Assembly (NCBI GenBank): GCA_963754655.1
Contig: CAVWGN010000001.1
Location: 1,728,001 to 1,792,000, forward strand
Source of the DNA: an uncultured Chlamydiae bacterium
GTDB lineage: Bacteria > Chlamydiota > Chlamydiia > Chlamydiales > Parachlamydiaceae
DNA: 64,000 bases
Reading direction: 5' to 3'
Shown in pieces: positions 11,493 to 20,700 of this stretch. The translations under genes and the position numbers were made by a program. Numbering within the stretch: the first letter of the stretch is position 1; every line of letters begins with the position of its first letter. The notes under the pieces are model-generated. The model did not search any database and was not told the origin of the DNA. It was given only the letters and a program-made list of their open reading frames with translations.

Positions 11493-13496
11493 CTACGATT
11501 TAGACTTTAGACCTAACTTCTCTTCTAGATCCGCTATTCGACGATTTAGTTCTTGATTCTCTTTTTTTAAAGCATCGTTTTCTTGTCTGAGTTGAAAAAC
11601 TATTGTATCAGTGGGATTGGCTCCCTTTTGATTTATTTCTTCGAGTTCAGTAGGATTGGTTTCCTTTTGATTTATTTCTTCGAATTCAACAGGATTGGTT
11701 TCCTTTTGATTTATTTCTTCGAATTCAGCAGGATTGGTTTCCTTTTGATTTATTTCTTCGAATTCAGCAGGATTGGTTTCCTTTCGATTTATTTCTTCAG
11801 ATTCAGCAGTGCTTTTCTTACCTTCTTTTCTCACAAATAAATTAATAAAATCTGTATAGGACAACTTATTGGGATTGAATCCCTGTTGCGTTATTTCTTC
11901 GAATACGACATAAGCCTTTTCTTCGTCTGCTTTTCTCACAAATAAGTGGAGTAAAGAATTATAAATCATTGCATTAAGCTTGATCTTCTTTTGCTCCGTT
12001 TCTTCGAATAGGGCATAAGTGCTCTCTACATCTTCTTTTTTCACAAATAAATTGATTAAAGAATTATAGGTCACCTCATTGGGTTTAATTCCCTTTTGCT
12101 TCATTTCTTCTAACACGTCATAAGCTTTCTTTTCATTTTCTCTTTTTACATATAAATTGATCAAAGAATTATAGGTGAAAACATTGGGTTGCACTCCATT
12201 TTGTGTCATTTCTTTGAACACAATAGATGTCTTTATCTCATCTTCTTTTTTCACAAATAAATTGATCAGAGAGGTATAGGTCACAACATTGGGTTGCACT
12301 CCCTTTTGCTGCATTTCTTCAAACACATCATAAGCCCTCTTCTCATTTTCCTTTCTCACAAATAAATTGATTAAAGATGTATAAGTGACCTCGTTGGGCT
12401 TGATTCCCTTTTGCATCATTTCTTTGAACATGGCATAAGCCTTCACCTCATCTTCTTTTTTCACAAATAAATTGATCAAAGAATTATAGGTAACTAAACC
12501 AGGACGGACTCCATTTTGTGTCATTTCTTTGAACACAAGAGATGCCTTTATCTCATCTTCTTTGTTCACAAATAAATTGATTAGAGAGGTATAGGTCACA
12601 ACATTGGGTAGAATTTCCTTTTGCATCATTTCTTCGAACACCAAATAAGCTCTCTCTTCATCTTCTTTGTTCACAAATAAATTGATCAAAGATGAATAGG
12701 TCATCTTATCGGGTTTAAATCCCATTTGCTGCATTTCTTCCAACACGTCATAAGCCTTCTTCTCATCTTCTTTTCTCACAAATAAATTGATCAGAGAATT
12801 ATAGGTCACCTCATTAGGCTTGATTCCCTTTTGCTTCATTTCTCTGAACACCTCATAAGCCTTTTTTTCCTCTTCTGTTTTCACAAATAAATTGATTAAG
12901 GATGTATACGTCACCACATTGGGATTGACGCCCTTTTGTTTCATTTCTTCCAATACAGCATACGCACCCTTCTCATTTTTTTGATTAACAAATAGGTTAA
13001 GAATCGGGCTAAAAGAAAACGCATCCGGCTGTAAGCCTGCCTGAATAATTTCTAAAATAATTTTATTGCAGGCGTCAATATTGTTGGCTTTTGCTGATTG
13101 GTTAATAAGGATATTATAAGGAATTAATTGAGAATGTGAGTGCTGATTTATGACATTCTTCTCTTTATGATTCGAATCATTTGAAAATGTCTTTTCAACA
13201 TACTTTCTTTCTCTTGACGGTAAATGAGTTGATTCTTGTTTTTGTTCACAAACTTTTTTAAAAGAGTGTGAATTATTTCTTGTTTCTTCATCAGGAGAAA
13301 ATGTCCTTTGGAAAACACTCTTTTCTTTTTTATATTGCGTATTGTCAGGGCTTGTCTGTTGCGATTTTTCCTCTTGTTTTTTTATTCGGTAAGAGGGTCT
13401 CTCATCCTTATTAGTATAATTAAAATAATTAGAATTGCTGTAATTATAATTATTATTTTCATAAGGCAAACTACGGTTAGAATAATCCATAAACAT
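11493..13496 (-). CDS. Pentatricopeptide repeat (PPR) protein, 12 complete P-type motifs
   Basis: 35-aa VTYxSLINLFVxxxDExKAYxVFEEMxQKGIxPN repeats; low-complexity N-terminus; C-terminal 13-aa repeats and coiled coil. Confidence 0.95.
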   Translation of the reverse strand: MFMDYSNRSLPYENNNYNYSNSNYFNYTNKDERPSYRIKKQEEKSQQTSPDNTQYKKEKSVFQRTFSPDEETRNNSHSFKKVCEQKQESTHLPSRERKYVEKTFSNDSNHKEKNVINQHSHSQLIPYNILINQSAKANNIDACNKIILEIIQAGLQPDAFSFSPILNLFVNQKNEKGAYAVLEEMKQKGVNPNVVTYTSLINLFVKTEEEKKAYEVFREMKQKGIKPNEVTYNSLINLFVRKEDEKKAYDVLEEMQQMGFKPDKMTYSSLINLFVNKEDEERAYLVFEEMMQKEILPNVVTYTSLINLFVNKEDEIKASLVFKEMTQNGVRPGLVTYNSLINLFVKKEDEVKAYAMFKEMMQKGIKPNEVTYTSLINLFVRKENEKRAYDVFEEMQQKGVQPNVVTYTSLINLFVKKEDEIKTSIVFKEMTQNGVQPNVFTYNSLINLYVKRENEKKAYDVLEEMKQKGIKPNEVTYNSLINLFVKKEDVESTYALFEETEQKKIKLNAMIYNSLLHLFVRKADEEKAYVVFEEITQQGFNPNKLSYTDFINLFVRKEGKKSTAESEEINRKETNPAEFEEINQKETNPAEFEEINQKETNPVEFEEINQKETNPTELEEINQKGANPTDTIVFQLRQENDALKKENQELNRRIADLEEKLGLKSKS

Positions 13497-13686
13497 CCAA
13501 ATTTATAATTTAAAAAAAATAAAAAAAACTAAATTAAATCACATTCAAAACATAAAACAAATTTTGTCATTAACAATGTTTTATTGCAAGTTAGAATATA
13601 TAAAAAATCTGCTTATTCATTGTGTACAAATCAAATATAAATGATTGATGAGAACAAATCATAAGCTTTTTTAGAACTTGAAGGCT

Positions 13687-13738
13687 CGTACTCGTTTACA
13701 TAAGTTTTTGCCTATTGGAACTGCTTCAAAGTCCCGGG
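13687..13738. mobile_element. Left end of element A
   Basis: cgtactcgtttacataagtttttgcctattggaactgcttcaaagtcccggg. Confidence 0.75.
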
Positions 13739-13953
13739 TGAGATAAGAAAACGAAGGCTAAAAAACCAGATTTTTACATAGCTAAAATCGCTAAATATTC
13801 TGGTTGCAATTTATCTGATTCTAGTAAACTCAATGACATCTGAATTATTTTGACTAAGCCCTAAATTTCTTCACTTGTTTACGTCTATCTGATAAGACGT
13901 TTGTGCTTTTGATTTCTTTTTGAATCCATTTTGTGCTTATTTGAATTTTGAGC
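13739..13953 (-). mobile_element. Internally deleted derivative of the IS at 53574-55419
   Basis: 13739-13870 resembles 53574-53707 (TIR and transposase 3' end); 13869-13953 resembles 55232-55315 (orfA 5' end). Confidence 0.75.
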
Positions 13954-13959
13954 TGGGGT

Positions 13960-14143
13960 ACTGAAAGTCAAGACTGGAGTGCAGATTACAAAATACACCC
14001 TCGAGCTAAACACCCGTTGCAGTCAAGTACTTGCACATTTGGCAGCTCAGGTCTTCGCAGATTAGAGCGCCCCCTGCAATCAAGTCCTCTTGCCTAAATT
14101 GATCCTCTAAAACATTAAAGTGATGACTATTTATCGTTTTCAT
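13960..14143 (-). pseudogene. Internally deleted paralog of the adjacent LRR gene
   Basis: ATG 14143 gives MKTINSHHFNVLEDQFRQE (cf. MKTISSNHFNVLEDEFKQE), then an out-of-frame PELPNVQVLDCNGC unit; upstream 14144-14171 matches 16045-16072. Confidence 0.7.
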
Positions 14144-14325
14144 TTTAATTCCTTATTTAAATTAAAATCAGTTTGCATAATTAACGTACGCGGTCGAGTA
14201 AGAAGAAGAAGAAAATCCAGCTTAATGAGAATTCGAAAGAAAGAGGATCTTTACCTTTTTTGAGATATTTATCTAGCTGGATGATGCCATTCAACCGATA
14301 ATTCTTGCTCCTTCTGGCAGTTCAG

Positions 14326-16044
14326 TTAGGCTTTTAGATTAAGGCATCCTCTGTATTCAAGCGCCTGGAGATTTGGTAGCTCAGGCAGGCGTTGCAGATT
14401 AAAGCAAAAGTTGCAGAGAAGCACCTGCAAATTTGGTAACTCAGGCAGGCTTTGCAGATTAGGGCACTCGTTACAGACAAGCTTTCGCAAATTTAACATC
14501 TCAGACAGGCTTTGCAAATTCTTGCACCCACAGCAATTAAGCTCTTGCACCTTTGGTAGCTCAGGCAGGTTTTGCAAACTATCACACTTGTTGCAATTAA
14601 ACACTCGTACATTTGGCAGTTCAGGCAGGCTTTGCAGATTAGAGCACCCATTGCAAGTAAGCATTTGCACATTTGGTAGCTCAGGTAGGTTTGGCAGATT
14701 AGAGCACGCGCTACAGTTAAGTATTTGCACATTTGGCAGCTCAGTCAGGCTTTGCAAACCAGGGCAATTGCTGCAGTCAAAAAATTGCACATTTAGCAGC
14801 TCAGATAGGCTTTGCAGATTAGGGCAATTGCTACAGTTAAGCTCTTGCAGATTTGGCAGCTTAGATAGGCTTTGCAGATTATCGCACCAGCTGCAGTAAA
14901 GCTTTCGCACATTTGGTAGTTCAGATAGGCTTTGCAGATTAGAGCACCCGTTGCAAATAAGCATATGCACATTTGGTAGCTCAGACAGGCTTTGCAGATT
15001 AGGGCAATTGCTACAGTTAAGCTCTTGCAGATTTGGCAGCTTAGATAGGCTTTGCAGATTATCGCACCAGCTGCAGTCAAGATTTCGCACATTTGGCAGC
15101 TCAGATAGGCTTTGCAGATTAGGGCAATTGCTACAGTTAAGCTCTTGCAAATCTGGCAGCTCAGGCAGGCTTTGCAGATTAGAGCACCAGCTGCAGTTAA
15201 GCTCTTTCAAATTTGGCAGCTTAGGCAGGCTCAGGCTGGGCAGATTAGAGCACCCATTGCAAATAAGCACTTGCACATTTGGCAACTCAAGCAGGCTTTG
15301 CAAATTCTTGCACTCGTTGCAAATAAGCACTCGCACCTTTGGCAGCTCAGGCAGGCTTTGCAGACAAGGGCAATTGCTGCAATTAAGAAATTCCACATTG
15401 GGTAGCTCAGGCAGCCTTTGCAAACTATCGCATTCGCTGCAACTAAACTCTAGTACAATTGGCAGCTCAGGCAGGCTTTGCAGTTTAGAGCACTTTATGC
15501 AGTCAAGTCTTATGAGATTGCTTGCCTGATCTGGCAATTTTTTTATTTTATTCGATTTAATCATTAATTGATTAAGAGTGGGACACTTTTTAAATAATTC
15601 TTCAAGGTCACTTTCCTCTAAATCCGGGAATTCTATTAGATTTGCTCCTGTCAGATGATGACTGATCGCATACTGGACAGCTTCTTTTGCATTTTTGCAC
15701 TTATATTTTTTAAGAGAAACCAGCTGCTGGCTAGCCCATATTTCTTCCTCATCTTTTGCAATCTCACTCAATTGCTTGGAGGAAAGATGCACTTTTTCTA
15801 ATCCACTTTGAACTCCTCCCTCTTTGTAAGGAATCTCGCCATTGCGTGGAGGAATATGAGAACAGATTTTCCGCCATACTTCTTCGGGCAATTGAGGAAT
15901 CTCATTGCTAGTAGAAAACACACTCTGAGCGATATTCATCATCTTCATCACGTCTGTTTGAATCTCTTCTGGAATTAATGGCAAACTTTCTTGTTTAAAT
16001 TCATCCTCTAAAACATTAAAGTGATTACTACTTATCGTTTTCAT
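14326..16044 (-). CDS. F-box-like + leucine-rich repeat protein (candidate effector)
   Basis: LPEEVWRKICSHIP F-box-like motif; about 20 Cys-containing 20-aa LRRs (60-bp DNA period). Confidence 0.9.
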   Translation of the reverse strand: MKTISSNHFNVLEDEFKQESLPLIPEEIQTDVMKMMNIAQSVFSTSNEIPQLPEEVWRKICSHIPPRNGEIPYKEGGVQSGLEKVHLSSKQLSEIAKDEEEIWASQQLVSLKKYKCKNAKEAVQYAISHHLTGANLIEFPDLEESDLEELFKKCPTLNQLMIKSNKIKKLPDQASNLIRLDCIKCSKLQSLPELPIVLEFSCSECDSLQRLPELPNVEFLNCSNCPCLQSLPELPKVRVLICNECKNLQSLLELPNVQVLICNGCSNLPSLSLPKLPNLKELNCSWCSNLQSLPELPDLQELNCSNCPNLQSLSELPNVRNLDCSWCDNLQSLSKLPNLQELNCSNCPNLQSLSELPNVHMLICNGCSNLQSLSELPNVRKLYCSWCDNLQSLSKLPNLQELNCSNCPNLQSLSELLNVQFFDCSNCPGLQSLTELPNVQILNCSACSNLPNLPELPNVQMLTCNGCSNLQSLPELPNVRVFNCNKCDSLQNLPELPKVQELNCCGCKNLQSLSEMLNLRKLVCNECPNLQSLPELPNLQVLLCNFCFNLQRLPELPNLQALEYRGCLNLKA

Positions 16045-16186
16045 TTTGATTCCTTATTTAAATTAAAGTCAGCTATTTTTGTATTAATTAATCAAATAAT
16101 CAAAAATAAATTAGTATTATACTATATAAGGTTGTTAAATAATTGTAAAGCCGGTAATTTATTTAATTTACTTTTATGCTATCCGA

Positions 16187-16232
16187 GCTTGAAGCAGTCC
16201 CAATAGGCAAAAACTAGTATGGTTGAGTACTA
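16187..16232. mobile_element. Right end of element A
   Basis: gcttgaagcagtcccaataggcaaaaactagtatggttgagtacta. Confidence 0.75.
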
Positions 16233-17070
16233 GGGAGCGTACCTAAAAGATTAGCCATTGTATAATACAAGTGATTGTCAACATTCCTGCATAATTTTGA
16301 GCTTTCATTTCGTATCTTATTCCAATACGCCTAAATCGTTTTATAAACTGAAAAAAATTTTCTACCAAGCAACGCTCTCTGTAGATATGTTTATCATGTT
16401 CAATTAGCTCAGCTCTTGATACTTTGCTGGGTATGACAGCTTGACTTCCCATCTTTTCTATAAAATCTCTGATTTCATTTGAGTCGTAAGCTTTATCAGC
16501 TATAACATTTTGTGGATTTTTTCCAGTGAGTAAAAGCTTCATTTGAGTGCTCTCGTGTACTTGGCCTTCTGTTAAGACAAAATCGATGCAACGACCTAAT
16601 CCATCTGTTACTGCATGAATTTTTGTTGTTGTTCCGGCTCTTGATTTTCCCAGGGCTTCTTCGGCTTTTTTTTATCCTACAAGCATCTTGATGCACTTCA
16701 ACAATTGAGCTGTCTACAGAGTAATTTTCCTCATCAATTTCATCTTTTAAAGCTTGCCAAATCGTTTGCCAAATTCCAGCCTTTGTTCATCGATTAAAGC
16801 GATTATAACATGTGCTCCAAGGACCATACTTGGGCGGTAGATCCCTCCAAGCGGCTCCTGTTCTTAAAACCCAAATAATGCCTTCTAAAATCTTACGATG
16901 AGGCCGGCTTGGTCTGCCCCAATATCCTCGTTCTTTTGGCAATAAAGGTTTTAATTTTATCCATCTTTCATTGGTTAATACTATCCTATTCATTCAAATT
17001 TTCTCCTTGTTTTATCAGAGAAAATTATAAATCATAACTTATTTAATTTAAATCTTTTAGGTACGCTCCC
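16233..17070 (-). mobile_element. IS5-family insertion sequence (IS427-like two-ORF type), inactivated by a nonsense codon
   Basis: 20-bp TIRs GGGAGCGTACCTAAAAGATT; TA (CTAG) duplication; LRTGAAWRDLP, LGKSRAGTTTKIH, ADKAYDS, RCLVENFF; TGA at 16787-16789 where Trp is expected; A8G slip site 16665-16673. Confidence 0.9.
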
Positions 17071-17642
17071 TAGTACTCAACCACACTAGTTTTGTGTATT
17101 TAGATTGCTTCAAAGCCCCGGGGCTAGGGTGTTCATTTTGTGCAAAAAATGAGCTTTATTTTTCACAATAATTGGCATAGTTAAATTGAAGGTCGCATGT
17201 TTATGCCGTCCTTTCAGGACTCGATGTCTTTTTGATAGAACCCAGGCCTCCGCTTCGCTGCGACCTGGGCTGTAACATGACGGCCCTTCAGGCCTTAACA
17301 AAAAGATGATTTAGGGGCTATAAAAGAGGGACTTAAACATCTCTTGTTAAGGCCTGAAGGGCCGTCATGTTACAGCCCAGGTCGCAGCGAAGCGGAGGCC
17401 TGGGTTCTATCAAAAAGACATCGAGTCCTGAAAGGACGGCATAAACATGCGACCTTCAATTTAACTATGCCAATTATTGTGAAAAATAAAGCTCATTTTT
17501 TGCACAAAATGAACACCCTAGCCCCGGGTTGAATTAGCCTAAGTGCTTCAATATTAGCACAATATGGACCAACTTACGCCAATTCAACCGCGGAAGCTTT
17601 CAAGCAGTTCCAATGGGCAAAAACTCATGTGGTTGAGTACTA
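17071..17642. mobile_element. Element A enclosing palindromic module B (17125-17520) and module C (17529-17587)
   Basis: tagtactcaaccac...gtggttgagtacta ends; B is a 396-bp foldback with REP-like cccaggtcgcagcgaagcggaggcctggg hairpins. Confidence 0.85.
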
Positions 17643-17796
17643 GCTGGTTTAATCCTAGTTCGTGCAAATTGAGTAACCAAAATTTTTGTTTGCGACTAGT
17701 TCAAGAATTCGTAAAAACTCTTTAAATTTTAACTTGACATTTAATTTAAATGTATTTAAATTTAAGTGATTTGTAATTTGTTAAGAGGAAAAATCG

Positions 17797-20700
17797 ATGC
17801 GTGCTTTTGCCTCTCGTTTGTTAATCCTAATGATCATTTTATTAGTGATTTGTGGAGTTTTAACTGTTCTTCTCCCTACTCTTGCAAGCACCGATTGGGG
17901 TCGTAAACAGGTTGTTTACTGGATCAATCATTCTATTCCTGGCAGTGTGGAAATTCGTCGTTTAGATTTGCATTGGGGCAAAGGACAAGAAATAGAGGGA
18001 TTTTTATTAAAAGATCCAGAGGGGCAAGCAGTATTAGAAATTGAGAAATTTTCAACTGAAGGCACCTTATGGCAGCTCCTGAATAAAAGCACTCATTTAG
18101 GATTTACACTGCTCCAAGATTTGAATGCTGTGATTGTGACTGATGAAAAAGGCTTGACGAACTTGCAGCGTGCGCTTGGTGTTGAAGCAAACCAAGAGAC
18201 TCATCCCCTGTCTCCCTCTACAATTATTTTGTCTGATGTTCAAGCAGAGAGCTATTTATTTGCAAGTCGTCCTCTATCAGCTCACATTAAAGGGTTAACC
18301 CGTCAAGAAAATTTGAATGGATCTTTTGAAATTAATCTTGCTTTAAATGGGTTATGGGCTTCCAATTGGGATGAACTTAAGCATGATGTTCATCATTATT
18401 TAAGCTTAGAAGAAAGCAAAGAATCTAAAATTCAGGCGCATATCGTCAATTTTCCAATTGATCTTATTGATCGCTTAGCCGCCTTTCAAAATCCTCAATT
18501 AAATGGATTATTTCATTCTCTGCTTGGAGATCGCCTTAATTTAAATCTCAATAAAGAACCAAGCGAAGAAGGTTTAGCTTTTCATTTAACTCTATCAGCG
18601 CCCCTGATGCAAGGCGATATCAAGGGAATACTTAAACCGCAGGTTTTAGCTCTTAATGAGCCTGCTATTTTCCATTTGAATTTGATGCCTGAACTCATTA
18701 ATCCTTTTATTCATGACCATTTAGAGCTGCTCAAGCCTTCTCATTTAGAAGTCGTAATTTCTACATTTTCTGTTCCTTTAGATTTCTTTGATAAAGAAGC
18801 GACAGTCGATCCATGTCTTTTGACATTCAAAGCCGAACTCAAACTTCCTGAAACCCATTTAGATGTTAATCAAATTGGCGACCTTAAAATTCTCAATTTA
18901 CAAGCAAATCTACATAGTGCTTTCTGCGATAAATTCATTCAAATGGAAGTGATAGGGCAAGCGCAACAAGGCAATAATCCTTTTGATATTCATTTTACAT
19001 CCACATTAAATGAACCAAAAAATTTTTATGAGCTCATCCAACAAGTGCGTCAAAGCATGCACTCGACTCTAACAATCTCTCATCTTCCCCTCAAAATGAT
19101 TCCCTTTTTTCAGCATCACCCTGAATGGAATGAAAAAATAGGCCCTTACATTAATGCTCAATTTGAAATGCATCCGAAAGAAAAAGAGCAATGGGTAGGA
19201 AACTTATCTTTCCAAACATCCCATATCATTTTAAAAGAAGCTCAATTAAACATTGGGAAAGAAATCAGCTTGACCTCTCCAGCTCAAATGAATTGGTCGC
19301 TATCATCAGATTGCCTGCGCACGTTACTAAATGCTGAAGAACTCGTTTTTGATCAACCCTGTTCTTTACAATTTGTTCTCAAGAAACTTCAGATTCCTTT
19401 AGATGATCCGCAACTGACAAAATTTCAACTCGAGTCCTCTATTCCTCATCTAAGTTTACCAAAGCTCTTGACGGGGATTTTTGCACAGGTTGATCAATTC
19501 CTTCTTAAAATAGAAGGGCAAAATCTTCAGCGATTTCATACAGATTTAACAAGTCAATTTGCTCTTTTTACTCCAGAAGGAAATGCTTCCCCGCTTATTC
19601 CTGAGCCTTTAACTTTACAGTACACTGCTGATTGGGTATTAGGAAAAGAAAGCATTGAAATGCCGTCTGGAAAGCTTCAACTAAAGAACGCTATTACTCA
19701 AATCCAAGTTGATGGACAGCTGCATGCAGGTCATGTATTTGAATTAACTCAACCTGCTCAAATTCAATATACTTTATCTCCTTCCGCCTTTCAGAGTCTC
19801 AACCATTTACTACAAAAAAATTGGCCTCTTGTCCAAGAGGACATTCCTTTTACACTTAAAATTCAGCCAACAGAATTTGATTTAAACGATTTTTCTTTTC
19901 CGAACTTATATGTTCAAGGTTTGTTGAAAGCGAAGAAAATTGTTTTAAAAGATACTTCTGGCGACCTTCCTGTTCTTGAAGATATTGTGATATCATGGGT
20001 GATCGATTTCCCACGTAATAACATTTATAGTAATCTCAAAGGATTAGCCTACGCTCAAAAGGATGCAAAACCTAGTCAAATTTCTACTCGTCTGCAGTTC
20101 TGGCTGACGCCGGGTCATTATGATCCTTTTCACACTCACTCAGAAATCCAAATGAATTTTGCTGGAATGCCAACCTCCCTGTTAAATATCTTATTAGGTT
20201 CGGAAGATTTAAGTCCCATTGTCGGTCCAATTATAGATTGGGATTTTAAAGCGTTTTTTGACCCGACTTTAGAAAAACTCGGTTATGTAGATCTTAATCT
20301 AGATAGTGCACACTTCCATGTCAACGGACGTTTCAAATTAGATAATAAAATAGCACTCTATGAGTTCCATAAGTTACCCGCGTTTCGGTTAACTATCACT
20401 CCACAAAGTTATCAATATTTAAAGAAAATATTCAATATTCAAGATGAGCGCAACCTGGCTGCGCCGGTCACACTGACAGGAACTTTTTCTAATGTTGATT
20501 TTCCAATTAAAGAATCATGGATGAATCAAGGAATTTTAGATTTTGAACTCTCTACTACTGATATTCAATGGCAAAATATTTCAACTCCTGCTTGGAAGGT
20601 AGAAGCGCGCATTTCAACTGAAAATTTAAGTCATCATCTCAACTTTTTTGCTCAAACTCACTCCAAACCACCTTTAACCCTTGAAGGTAATTTAACCCAT

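Noticed and set aside
14411..15529. Overlapping ORFs within the LRR gene
   Set aside because: Shadow frames of the 60-bp repeat.
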